A stretch of 64,000 nucleotides of DNA from a virus. Positions 51,149 through 59,689 of this stretch are shown here, piece by piece. Location of the stretch: IMG/VR virus record IMGVR_UViG_3300029951_000007. The stretch is one strand, 5' to 3'. The notes below the pieces were generated by a model. That model made no database searches. It was not told the DNA's origin and saw only the letters and a list, made by a program, of their open reading frames with translations. How positions within the stretch are numbered: the first letter of the stretch is position 1; every line of letters begins with the position of its first letter. Position numbers and translations under genes: made by a program.

Positions 51149-51391
51149 ATGACTCCAGTAATTGAAGGCGTAAAGATTGGCGACGAGGTGAAGGCGCACG
51201 GTATCAAGTGGCGTGTGGCAGCGTTGAACGAGAAGAATGGTCACGTGTACCTGGAGCGAGGCGCTGTGGGTTATGAGAAGGGCGCGCAGTGGGTGCAGAC
51301 GGTAACGGCTGAGACGGCGAAGGATTACGCAATTGTTAAAGAAAACAGCGTAAGCATAACCAGTAGGAAGGGACTTGACCTTGCCGACTGA
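51149..51391 (+). CDS. hypothetical protein
   Basis: Track ORF. Confidence 0.45.
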   Translation: MTPVIEGVKIGDEVKAHGIKWRVAALNEKNGHVYLERGAVGYEKGAQWVQTVTAETAKDYAIVKENSVSITSRKGLDLAD

Positions 51392-52871
51392 CCTCGTACC
51401 AAAATCACTGGCTCTGAAGATGGAGCAGTGGCGGAAAGCGGCTAAACCGTGGACGCCATGGCCGTATCAGGAACGCACACTGAAGTTCATGCTAGAGAAT
51501 CCTCGGTCTGGCTTGCTGCTCGATCCTGGAATGGGCAAGACAAGCGTTTCATTGGCTATGTTCAAGATATTACTGAAGAAGAAGTTAGCCAAGCGCATGT
51601 TGGTCATCGCACCGTTACGGGCGTGCTACTATACTTGGCCAGCGGAGGTGTGTGATTGGACAGACTTCAAAGACATGCGTATCGCTCTGTTGCATGGTGC
51701 CGACAAGGAGAAGAATCTACGCAATTTGCAACCAGAGCATCAGATCTGCATTATTAATCCTGAGGGCATTCCATGGTTATTCGAGACCATGAAGCGCGCT
51801 AAATTGCTGGAAGCTGATGTGCTGGATATTGATGAATCGTCTCTATGGAAGAGTAGTGCAACGGTGCGTTTCCGCGCTTTGCGGAAGCACCTGCGTACGT
51901 TTAAGCGGCGACATATACTCACAGGTAGCCCTCGTCCTCGTAACTATCTGGACTTGCATGGGCAGGTGTATCTACTGGATCAGGGTGCAGCGCTGGGAGA
52001 GTACATATCCAGCTATCGCAATACGTACTTCTTCCCTACCGGCTACCAGATGCGCGAGTGGCAGATACTGCCAGGTGCTGAGAAGAAGATCGACGCGCTG
52101 GTAGCGCCCATGATGATGCGTCTGGACGCCAAGGACTATCTGAAGCTGCCTAAGGAGATGGAGCGCACCCACCGGGTTGATCTACCCACGGCGGCGCGCG
52201 TTGAATATGACAAGATTGAGAACTCGCTACTCAGTACACTCTTCACGCAGCCGTTGGTGAATTCAGCCAGCGCGCGGTCGAAGTGCTGCCAGATTGCCAA
52301 CGGATCGGTATACCTGGACTACGACCCGGAAGAGAATTGGGGTAACAAGCAACGACCAGTTAAGGTAGTGCACACGGCCAAGGTGGAAGCGGTAGTGGAC
52401 CTTGTACGTGAGCTACAGGGTGAGCCGTTACTACTTGGTATCGGTTTCCAGCATGACGTAACGGCGCTGCGGTTGGCGCTGGGTAAGGACGTTCCATGCA
52501 TCAACGGGCAAACCACACGGTCGCAAGCGGCGGACTACATCGAGCGGTGGAATAAGGGCCAATTGCCGTTGCTGCTAGGTCACCCGGCCAGCATGGCGCA
52601 TAGTTTGAATATGCAGAAGTTCAGCTCTAGACACGTCGGTTACTTCGACATACCAGACAACTACGATCTTTATCACCAATTCTTCCTGCGTGTATTGCGC
52701 CAAGGCAACAAATCGGCGTGGGTCATGAAGCACCACTTCGTCGTCAACAATACGGTGGACATACCAAAGATTCGAAATTTAAGGTCTAAGGAAACTGGGC
52801 AGAAGGCGTTTCTAGCGTCCATGAAGGAGTACTCGGAAGAAAGAGCTGGTGGTAAGAAAGGGAAGAAGTGA
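51375..52871 (+). CDS. SNF2/DEAD-like superfamily 2 helicase
   Basis: DPGMGKTS (motif I), DIDESSLWK (motif II) and LLLGHPASMAHSLNMQ (motif VI-like). Confidence 0.8.
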   Translation: MTLPTDLVPKSLALKMEQWRKAAKPWTPWPYQERTLKFMLENPRSGLLLDPGMGKTSVSLAMFKILLKKKLAKRMLVIAPLRACYYTWPAEVCDWTDFKDMRIALLHGADKEKNLRNLQPEHQICIINPEGIPWLFETMKRAKLLEADVLDIDESSLWKSSATVRFRALRKHLRTFKRRHILTGSPRPRNYLDLHGQVYLLDQGAALGEYISSYRNTYFFPTGYQMREWQILPGAEKKIDALVAPMMMRLDAKDYLKLPKEMERTHRVDLPTAARVEYDKIENSLLSTLFTQPLVNSASARSKCCQIANGSVYLDYDPEENWGNKQRPVKVVHTAKVEAVVDLVRELQGEPLLLGIGFQHDVTALRLALGKDVPCINGQTTRSQAADYIERWNKGQLPLLLGHPASMAHSLNMQKFSSRHVGYFDIPDNYDLYHQFFLRVLRQGNKSAWVMKHHFVVNNTVDIPKIRNLRSKETGQKAFLASMKEYSEERAGGKKGKK

Positions 52872-53323
52872 GCAGTAAAACTGAAGCACAATACTTACGC
52901 GAAGCTACGAAAGTAGGCAAGTGTCGTCTTCATCCTTCGCGAAATGTAGCCAGACGCGTTTACATTCTACGTCATGGCTACGTACCCAGTCACATATACG
53001 TTTGCCATAAATGTGATCAACCGCAATGTATCGTGGATACGCATCATTTTCTTGGTACGCAGCTTGACAATGTTCGTGACATGATTCGCAAGGGTAGAAA
53101 ACGACAGGTAGAGTGGACGTCTGAAATGCGTGCTAAGAAAGCTGAATCATCTAGAAGTATGTGGGCCGATCCGAAGTTTCACAAAGCACAGAAGAAGCGT
53201 ATAAAGGATGCTTACGCGAAGAAAGTGTGGACTAAAGAAGAGCTCGCAGCGAAGTCTGCCGCTGTGAAGCTTGGCCACATCACCAGAGCGATAAATAAAG
53301 CAGCAAGAGCGAAGGCGCTATAA
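52868..53323 (+). CDS. HNH (HNH_3-type) homing endonuclease
   Basis: CHKCDQPQCIVDTHHFLGTQLDNVRDM, followed by a basic repeated C-terminal module. Confidence 0.7.
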   Translation: MSSKTEAQYLREATKVGKCRLHPSRNVARRVYILRHGYVPSHIYVCHKCDQPQCIVDTHHFLGTQLDNVRDMIRKGRKRQVEWTSEMRAKKAESSRSMWADPKFHKAQKKRIKDAYAKKVWTKEELAAKSAAVKLGHITRAINKAARAKAL

Positions 53324-53324
53324 T
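53319..53324 (+). promoter_or_regulatory. TATAAT box, recurrent motif
   Basis: GGCGCTATAATTCAAAG. It is followed by the hairpin AGAGCG..CGCTCT with the RBS in its loop. Confidence 0.4.
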
Positions 53325-53355
53325 TCAAAGAGCGTCAGAAGGAGGCGCTCTGAAA

Positions 53356-53646
53356 ATGAACTGCATCGCGAGAGTTCCCATGGGTGGGCGCAGCGTTAGT
53401 ATGCGCTCGTGCTTACGCGCCGCATGCGTGGGCGGTTACTGTACGCAGCACAATCCAGAAAATGTGGCTAGGAAAGCTGAAGAGCGAAGCGCCAAGTGGG
53501 ATGCCGCGCAGAAGGAGCGCGTAAAGAAGTTTAGCTGTCTACCGTGCGCTATTGCGCTACTGAAACGTGCGCAAGCCCAGCTTCGCGTTGACAGCAAGTT
53601 GAACAAGGACGTTGAGAAGTTCCTGCGGGAGGTCTCCAATGGTTGA
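53356..53646 (+). CDS. hypothetical protein
   Basis: Track ORF. Confidence 0.45.
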   Translation: MNCIARVPMGGRSVSMRSCLRAACVGGYCTQHNPENVARKAEERSAKWDAAQKERVKKFSCLPCAIALLKRAQAQLRVDSKLNKDVEKFLREVSNG

Positions 53647-54133
53647 GCAGCTGGAACTCCCCGTAAACGCGGTAGAAGTAGTGCCGCAGCCTGGACTCTT
53701 GGCTACGTGGGCCGAGGTCCAGGCATTCATCTTTGCCGGCAAGGCGACGTTCACCCTGGTGTCGCTGAAGACGGGCGTACGCTTCACGTACAAGGTCACC
53801 AAGCGCAAAGAGAATCCGGCCGACGACACTGTGTACTTCGCAAACCTACTGCGTGGCCCCGACAACACGTCGGACTTTGCGTACATGGGTGTTCTTCGTA
53901 AAGACCCGGCGCGCTTCTTCTGGACGGCTACCAGCGGCAAGGTCGGCCGGCAAGCGGCGGCGTACAAGGCGCTGGTCTGGTTCGTGGACGCCATGAAGTG
54001 TGGGCGCGAGGTGCTTGGCGATACGCTGGCGGTCTGGCATGAGGGAGCGTGCGGTCGGTGCGGTCGGAAGCTTACGGTTCCAGGCTCCATCGCGGCGGGT
54101 CTTGGCCCCGAGTGTGCAGGGAGGATGGTATGA
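53639..54133 (+). CDS. hypothetical protein with DUF6011-like C-terminus
   Basis: CGRCGRKLTVPGSIAAGLGPEC matches my memory of the C.RCGR.LT.P.S...G.GP.C pattern. Confidence 0.5.
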   Translation: MVEQLELPVNAVEVVPQPGLLATWAEVQAFIFAGKATFTLVSLKTGVRFTYKVTKRKENPADDTVYFANLLRGPDNTSDFAYMGVLRKDPARFFWTATSGKVGRQAAAYKALVWFVDAMKCGREVLGDTLAVWHEGACGRCGRKLTVPGSIAAGLGPECAGRMV

Positions 54134-54321
54134 CCTTTGAGCAAGAGTACACCGAAGAAGAGGTCACGATGTTACTGCGCGGATTAGACCTGTTGGCAAC
54201 TGAGATGCGTCAAGCGCAGTACGTTGCCGTGCGTGACGGCAACAAGCCGTTCGTCAAGCACAATGCGTATTTTCTTGGAGTTTTACGTAAACTCCGCGAG
54301 AAGCTGCGTTCAGAGGTATAA
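54130..54321 (+). CDS. hypothetical protein
   Basis: ATGA overlap. Confidence 0.45.
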   Translation: MTFEQEYTEEEVTMLLRGLDLLATEMRQAQYVAVRDGNKPFVKHNAYFLGVLRKLREKLRSEV

Positions 54322-54322
54322 T
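54317..54322 (+). promoter_or_regulatory. TATAAT box, recurrent motif
   Basis: AGAGGTATAATGTTTTC. Confidence 0.35.
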
Positions 54323-54353
54323 GTTTTCAGCGGACTGAAGGGGCCGCCAAGAC

Positions 54354-54539
54354 ATGACAAAGATAATGGCACGGCATCACAAGACACGCGTTGCGAACTG
54401 TAAAGGGCGCATGCGTGGTGAACGTTCTGAATACGGTGTGTGGGCTTATTGGTGTCCAGAAGCTCAGAAGTCGACGAAGACTAGTGGCTGGACCGCGCAG
54501 CCTTGCACGTGCGCAAAGAAGGCGGCCAGCGATGCCTAA
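54354..54539 (+). CDS. hypothetical basic protein
   Basis: Track ORF. Confidence 0.4.
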   Translation: MTKIMARHHKTRVANCKGRMRGERSEYGVWAYWCPEAQKSTKTSGWTAQPCTCAKKAASDA

Positions 54540-54756
54540 GCTCACCGTCCTTTGCCTGAACGACTATCCGATAGGCGTCTACTCATCCGAGCAGTTCGCC
54601 GAGTTCGCCGCCGTCGTGGACTGGAAGGGCCGCGAGCCGCGCTGGCGGGAACAGGGCTTGAAGTTCAAGGAGTCGTTCGACGGTACCATCGGCTCCTACG
54701 TCAAATGGCACTACCACCAGCACGAGTTTGAAGTGGATGCGGAGGCGCGGCTATGA
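54532..54756 (+). CDS. hypothetical protein
   Basis: ATG at 54532 (MPKLTVLCLNDYP...). Confidence 0.45.
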   Translation: MPKLTVLCLNDYPIGVYSSEQFAEFAAVVDWKGREPRWREQGLKFKESFDGTIGSYVKWHYHQHEFEVDAEARL

Positions 54757-54953
54757 GTGAACAATCTAGACGCATAGCTGCAGAGCAAAGACGCTCCACT
54801 ATTCTCTCTAAGCGTTTCAAGACAATGGCCGATCACATTAACTCGCTTCGTGACAGTCAGTTTGAAACTCTAGACATCAGCGAAGAAAAGTTGCTTATCA
54901 ACATGGAACAATGCTTACTGGCGCTGGCAAAAGCGCGGATTGGAGCGAGATGA
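54753..54953 (+). CDS. hypothetical protein
   Basis: Track ORF with an ATGA overlap. Confidence 0.45.
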   Translation: MSEQSRRIAAEQRRSTILSKRFKTMADHINSLRDSQFETLDISEEKLLINMEQCLLALAKARIGAR

Positions 54954-55180
54954 GTAAGCCATTCTCCGTCATGGTTCCTTGCCCCGGCGTTACCAACGAC
55001 GGTCTTGCCGGCCACTCTATGCGCGACTTCTGTTCGTCGTGCGCGCCGCATTGGGAGCAATATCCAACGTGCCCAACGCATCATCGGAAGCTACCATCCA
55101 GCGGATTCTGCAGCGATTGTAAGAAGTTCTACCGCGAACCGGAGCGTTTGGATCTCTCGGAGTACAAGGGGTTTGCATGA
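54950..55180 (+). CDS. hypothetical Cys-rich protein
   Basis: ATGA overlap; MSKPFSVMVPCPG.... Confidence 0.45.
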   Translation: MSKPFSVMVPCPGVTNDGLAGHSMRDFCSSCAPHWEQYPTCPTHHRKLPSSGFCSDCKKFYREPERLDLSEYKGFA

Positions 55181-55356
55181 AACTCTTGAGCGATCCAATC
55201 ACCTTGGAAGAGCTTGAAGTCGTCCTAGCGCGCGTACTGGATTCGCCATTCGAAGTTGACAAGTGGCGGTCCACTGTAGAGGACGCGTACATCCGCATCG
55301 GCGGAAAGAACGCGCGGCTGGTACAGCCAACGAAGAGGGAGTTCCTCCATGGCTAA
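55177..55356 (+). CDS. hypothetical 59-aa protein
   Basis: Own translation MKLLSDPITLEELEVVLARVLDSPFE.... ATGA overlap. Confidence 0.4.
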   Translation: MKLLSDPITLEELEVVLARVLDSPFEVDKWRSTVEDAYIRIGGKNARLVQPTKREFLHG

Positions 55357-55540
55357 ACAACGCGTGGTCGTCAACGGCACGGAGTACAACCTGATCATAC
55401 CGCATGGACAAGAAATCACGCTTTCCAGCGATAAGCACGCTGCGACTATGACCACGACCCTCCACGAACTTCAAACGCAGTACGGCGTGAAGACGGCGTA
55501 CTTTGTGCGGTTGGCACTGAATGAGTGGAGACGGCGATGA
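55349..55540 (+). CDS. hypothetical protein
   Basis: Track ORF. Confidence 0.45.
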   Translation: MAKQRVVVNGTEYNLIIPHGQEITLSSDKHAATMTTTLHELQTQYGVKTAYFVRLALNEWRRR

Positions 55541-55821
55541 TCTTCCTACTATTCGTAACGAACATACTCACGATGTGGCTGCTGTGGCTGGCGATCTACC
55601 GCCTGCATCAAGCGAAGAAGCGCCCACTGATTACGGCTGAGCTCAAAGTGGAACGCACGCAGCGCGTAGAGCATTCCACGTTGACCGACGATGTGATCAG
55701 CGCGTTGATGAATCTCGGTTACAAGAAGAAGGTAGCGCAGCGTGCGGTAACTGAGGTGGTCGGCAACGGCTGGACGACGTTCGACGACCTGTTCCGCGCG
55801 GCGCTGAGGAGGGCGGGATGA
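55537..55821 (+). CDS. TM protein with RuvA-domain-III/UBA-like C-terminus
   Basis: MIFLLFVTNILTMWLLWLAIY reads as a TM segment. DDVISALMNLGYKKKVAQRAVTEV resembles the RuvA C-terminal motif. Confidence 0.45.
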   Translation: MIFLLFVTNILTMWLLWLAIYRLHQAKKRPLITAELKVERTQRVEHSTLTDDVISALMNLGYKKKVAQRAVTEVVGNGWTTFDDLFRAALRRAG

Positions 55822-56006
55822 CACCGGATCGTGGGACTGAGGTCGTGTATACAGCGCCCAATGGAACGTCGTTCCAGGCGGTCGTAGTGAATGGTCGTCT
55901 GGAGGATGACGGGCTTTTGGCGATTCGGCACAAAGCGGATGGCCGGTTGGTGTTCGCGAATCCAGATTTTCTGGAGAAAGTCGTAGTTCCAGAAAACGAG
56001 CTATAA
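55818..56006 (+). CDS. hypothetical protein
   Basis: Track ORF with an ATGA overlap. Confidence 0.45.
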   Translation: MTPDRGTEVVYTAPNGTSFQAVVVNGRLEDDGLLAIRHKADGRLVFANPDFLEKVVVPENEL

Positions 56007-56007
56007 T
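56002..56007 (+). promoter_or_regulatory. TATAAT box, recurrent motif
   Basis: CGAGCTATAATCCTAATC, 29 nt before the ATG at 56037. Confidence 0.4.
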
Positions 56008-56036
56008 CCTAATCAGCGCACAAGGAGCGCTACCCA

Positions 56037-57068
56037 ATGCCTGAAGTGATCTCAGAAAACATCGTCCGCAAGATTCAACTCCTCCTCCAACTCGCAGAGC
56101 GCGCCGCTGGTAACGAAGTGGAAGCCGCCGCCGCCATGGCGAAGGCTCAAGAGCTTCTAGCACAGTACAACCTGGACCTCGCCACCGTACAAGACAAAGT
56201 CGTCAAGGGCGGTACGAACACGCCGGACGACGCCATGGCGAAGCGTGATTACGCCGTAACGAAGCGTTCAGCCATGTACCAGTGGCAGCGGAATCTTGTG
56301 CGCGCTTTGGCCGAGGCGAACTACTGCATCTACTGGACGGCCGAGGTACAGGAAGAGCTCTACATTCCGAAGAGCAAACGGAAGTACGATGATGACGAGG
56401 CCATGCAGAAGCGTTGGGTGAAGCGTCATAAGGTGCTTGGACGCACCGCCAACACGATGTCGGTCTTGATGATGGTGGACTACTTGATGGACACGATTGA
56501 ACGTCTACTACCGTACGAACAGAAAGAGCGACTCAGCCGGTCGGCTAGCAGCTGGCGCGAGGGCTGCTCTGATCGTCTGATTCAGCGCATCCAGGCGAAG
56601 GCCGAAGCCATGAAGAAAGCGGATTACGCCACTCAGGGAGAAGCTGCTTACACCACGGCCATCGCGTTACGGAACGTCGCTACCGCTGAGGAGATCGGGA
56701 ACTACGACTTCCAGAACGGCGCGGGTGCGTGGGCGGCGCGCGCCGCACGTATGAAGGCGAACGAAGAGCGTTGGGCCGCGCAGGACAAGTTGAACGCTGA
56801 ACGCGAAGCCAAGGAGCTCGCGGAACTGGAAGCGAAATTGGCACTGGAAACGCCTGCGCAGAAAGCCAAGCGTCTGAAAGCGGAAGCGCGTGAAGCGGAA
56901 CGGCGCGCTAAGTACAGCGAACGGTATTGGGAGGCTCAGGATCGCAAGGCGTATCGTGAAGCTTCGCGACGTGACCACGGAGCGTATCGGGCCGGGTCGG
57001 CAACGGCGGAGAAAATCGGCCTTGACGACCAGCTGAAGTCTGGTAAGACTGCTGGAAATCTAAGCTAA
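56037..57068 (+). CDS. DUF2786-family protein with coiled-coil C-terminus
   Basis: KIQLLLQLAERAAGNEVEAAAAMAKAQELLAQYNL is the DUF2786 signature. Confidence 0.65.
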   Translation: MPEVISENIVRKIQLLLQLAERAAGNEVEAAAAMAKAQELLAQYNLDLATVQDKVVKGGTNTPDDAMAKRDYAVTKRSAMYQWQRNLVRALAEANYCIYWTAEVQEELYIPKSKRKYDDDEAMQKRWVKRHKVLGRTANTMSVLMMVDYLMDTIERLLPYEQKERLSRSASSWREGCSDRLIQRIQAKAEAMKKADYATQGEAAYTTAIALRNVATAEEIGNYDFQNGAGAWAARAARMKANEERWAAQDKLNAEREAKELAELEAKLALETPAQKAKRLKAEAREAERRAKYSERYWEAQDRKAYREASRRDHGAYRAGSATAEKIGLDDQLKSGKTAGNLS

Positions 57069-57092
57069 GTCGTTGAAATTGGGCCAGTTGCA

Positions 57093-57131
57093 CTCCAGAA
57101 AAATAGTTTTCAGATTCTCTGTTTTCTGGAG
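57093..57131 (+). repeat. 10-bp inverted repeat abutting a TATAAT box
   Basis: CTCCAGAAAA (57093-57102) and TTTTCTGGAG (57122-57131) with a 19-nt spacer. Confidence 0.7.
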
Positions 57132-57137
57132 TATAAT
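57132..57137 (+). promoter_or_regulatory. TATAAT box, recurrent motif
   Basis: GGAGTATAATCATTTC, 38 nt before the ATG at 57176. Confidence 0.4.
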
Positions 57138-57175
57138 CATTTCAGTGGCAAGAAGCCACTCAAAAGGAGCCTCAA

Positions 57176-57559
57176 ATGAACCTCACCGATAAACTCACAA
57201 TCGCCGCCCTAGTTGGAATCGCCTCCATCGGTCTGTCACAGACCCCGACCGTCAAGCCGGTGTCGCTCGCCACCACCGCGCCGTCTACGTCATTCGTAGT
57301 GCCTACCGCTCAGCCCGTTACCGCGTCGCTCTTCGCGAACGACGGTCCGATCAAGCCGGGTGCGAAGCTCGTAGTGGTAGGTAACGGTTGGTACAAGGCG
57401 TCGCCCACTACGTACGAGTTCCGTTCGGCCGGCAAGCTGATCGCGACGGTCGATTGCTCTCCTAACGGTACGTGGTACGCTCACCTTCACGCTGGTGCCA
57501 CGCTGGTTGCATTCACCACCCTGGACGCCGCGCAGTCGTTCATTGCTTCCAGCCGCTAG
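57176..57559 (+). CDS. secreted/membrane-anchored protein
   Basis: MNLTDKLTIAALVGIASIGLSQ is a signal- or anchor-like N-terminus. Confidence 0.5.
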   Translation: MNLTDKLTIAALVGIASIGLSQTPTVKPVSLATTAPSTSFVVPTAQPVTASLFANDGPIKPGAKLVVVGNGWYKASPTTYEFRSAGKLIATVDCSPNGTWYAHLHAGATLVAFTTLDAAQSFIASSR

Positions 57560-57625
57560 TAGCTCGTCTTCACGCCTCTCTAACCTTCGTAGATATAGCG
57601 GTACAGGCCGCTAAGGAGAAACAAA

Positions 57626-57781
57626 ATGCCACAGTCCATGCAACAGAAGCGCAAGAACTCCCTCGAACTTCTCAAGTCAGCACTCATCAGCCGCATCGCG
57701 CAGGAAGAGTTCAAGAAGGCTGAGAACCTCGCCCGCATGATCCAGTTCACCGAAGCCGCCATCGCGAAGGGTGGACGCTAA
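57626..57781 (+). CDS. hypothetical 51-aa helical protein
   Basis: Own translation MPQSMQQKRKNSLELLKSALISRIAQEEFKKAEN... with a TAAGGAGAA RBS. Confidence 0.4.
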   Translation: MPQSMQQKRKNSLELLKSALISRIAQEEFKKAENLARMIQFTEAAIAKGGR

Positions 57782-57782
57782 C

Positions 57783-59342
57783 ATGGCAAAGTCAATCCTG
57801 AAGAACATCAAGGCAGCACCGAGCGCGAAAGCTGTCAAGGCTGTTGGCAAGAAGTTGATCAAGACGGCTAAGGGCGAAACAGTCGTAGCCACGCACGACA
57901 TCCACAATAAGTCGCTCGCTCCCACCGCGCCCGTAACGCCGCTGACTCAGGCGTTCGTCAAGGCCGGATTCGTATACAGCCGCACTGAGGAGGTAGATAA
58001 CAATACCGCTCATGGCTATACACGCGAAGACGGTGCGGCGCTTCTATTCACGCACGCTGGCAGTTCGTCCAGCATCAACACCGCGTGGCAGGTGAAGTTT
58101 GCGGACGGCTCCACGGCTGAAGGCAAGAACGCTCAGCAATTCGTAAAGACCATGTACGACGCTAAGGGACCGGCTCCGTTACCTAGCAACGTCGTGGCCG
58201 CGCTGGACGCGCTACGTAAGCTGACGGCTGGCAAGTATCGCATCAGCGATCTGGCTGGCGACGCCAACTACAAGGCGCGCGTGCAGCTTCTGAAGCTGCT
58301 ACGTAAGACTGACAAGGTACTGGTCAAGGAGAGCGGCGTCAACAAAGTGCTGACCGAGTTCTACGTCGCGCTCGGCATCGCGAAGTCGTCCGTGGCCGGT
58401 ATGGAGTCGGCATTCAGCGCGAAGTGCATGGAGCTCGCGAAGAGTGCCAGCAAGACGGAGCGCGCGGTAGCGAAGGTAGAGAAGGCTGTAATCGCTGACG
58501 AGCTTCGGAAGACGGTACACACCCGCGTCGTATTCGATGGCAAGCCGATCCTGGACGCGCCCAAGAAGATGAACAAGAAGCAAGAAGCCAAGGACAGCGC
58601 CGATTTCAAGCTGGAACTGGCGGCACGAGTCAAGCGTGCGGAGCGCGAAACGGCGAACATGCCAATGGCGCAGCCGAAGTCGGATGCTGATATCTACGTC
58701 AACCTGGACGAGATATTCCTGCTGGAAGATCCCAATAATGGTATCGTTTTGCTACAGTTGGAAAAACCCAATTCGCAGGGCGCGATTTGCGTGTATAATA
58801 ACGGGAGTCGCGTTGCTGCCGGAGTAGTACCGACAGAAGTTCTGAGAACACTGCGTCAGATCACAAGTAGCGATCTAGTGAGAGACGTAAATCAGTTACT
58901 ACACCCCATTACGGCTGGAGTTGTAGTTTCGTCCGTGGCTGAACGCCACCTTACAGCGGTGTTAGATCACTGCAAGGAGAACATCATGACCACTGCAACC
59001 GTTGAAACCAAGAAGCAGAAATTCGCACCTCCCGCTGGAACAGCCAAGAAGACCGCGAAGAACGCTGTCACGACCAAGGTCAAGGCAACCGTAACCAAGA
59101 AGGCCGACAAGGCACCGCGCGCCGCAGCCGCCGATCGCAAGATCAAGGCGTTAGTAACGTTGAAGTCGGAGTCGTTGCCCCGCGAAGGCAGCTTCTGCTA
59201 CGGTCAAGTTGAGGCCATCATCGGCTCCAAGACCGTGAGCGAGGCTCAGGCCAAGCTGGACAAGTCCAAGCTGAATCCCAGCGGTCGCAAGCTGGAAGTG
59301 GCGTGGCTGGTGAAGCAGGGCTACCTGTCCGTCATCGAGTAG
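57783..59342 (+). CDS. hypothetical 519-aa protein with Lys-rich (histone-H1-like) segment
   Basis: ATG at 57783. KKTAKNAVTTKVKATVTKKADKAPRAAAADRK is a basic low-complexity region. Confidence 0.6.
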   Translation: MAKSILKNIKAAPSAKAVKAVGKKLIKTAKGETVVATHDIHNKSLAPTAPVTPLTQAFVKAGFVYSRTEEVDNNTAHGYTREDGAALLFTHAGSSSSINTAWQVKFADGSTAEGKNAQQFVKTMYDAKGPAPLPSNVVAALDALRKLTAGKYRISDLAGDANYKARVQLLKLLRKTDKVLVKESGVNKVLTEFYVALGIAKSSVAGMESAFSAKCMELAKSASKTERAVAKVEKAVIADELRKTVHTRVVFDGKPILDAPKKMNKKQEAKDSADFKLELAARVKRAERETANMPMAQPKSDADIYVNLDEIFLLEDPNNGIVLLQLEKPNSQGAICVYNNGSRVAAGVVPTEVLRTLRQITSSDLVRDVNQLLHPITAGVVVSSVAERHLTAVLDHCKENIMTTATVETKKQKFAPPAGTAKKTAKNAVTTKVKATVTKKADKAPRAAAADRKIKALVTLKSESLPREGSFCYGQVEAIIGSKTVSEAQAKLDKSKLNPSGRKLEVAWLVKQGYLSVIE

Positions 59343-59408
59343 TTCAGCGTAGTAGCGCGAGTCCGGCGCGTTATCCGGACACATCTCAGCCTGAAAAGGA
59401 TTGACATC

Positions 59409-59603
59409 ATGCCTACCTCTCTAGCTCGTCGTATCCGCCGCATTGGCATCCTGCCTTCCATAACCGTTGACGGCGTTACGAAGCGTCGCTTCGAGGAAAT
59501 GAGCTCGTCTGCTCGTTCTAAGATGGAAGACGCCATACGAGCCGAACGAGCGCCGCGTCATGCGAAGTTTCTGGCGGCGCGCAAGTCGGCTAGAAGCAAG
59601 TAA
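59409..59603 (+). CDS. hypothetical basic protein
   Basis: Track ORF. Confidence 0.45.
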   Translation: MPTSLARRIRRIGILPSITVDGVTKRRFEEMSSSARSKMEDAIRAERAPRHAKFLAARKSARSK

Positions 59604-59635
59604 ACCACTACAGATAGCCTGAACACGAAGAGTAT

Positions 59636-59667
59636 GAGACGCCCAGAACATCGGGCGTCTTTGTATT
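59636..59667 (+). terminator. rho-independent terminator
   Basis: Stem AGACGCCC/GGGCGTCT (8 bp, 8-nt loop) followed by TTGTATTT. Confidence 0.55.
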
Positions 59668-59689
59668 TCCCCGGGTGTCTTAGACGCCT

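Noticed and set aside
51019-51165. 48-aa acidic helical ORF (MSANRTIQDEEVEEIIDRVEQTQDGFIIVELLHELLKLRRKV...) overlapping the VRR-NUC 3' end and the next gene's start.
   Set aside because: It overlaps two annotated ORFs in different frames by 88 nt and 17 nt, and I see no clear RBS. It may be real if VRR-NUC ends earlier, but it is unsupported.
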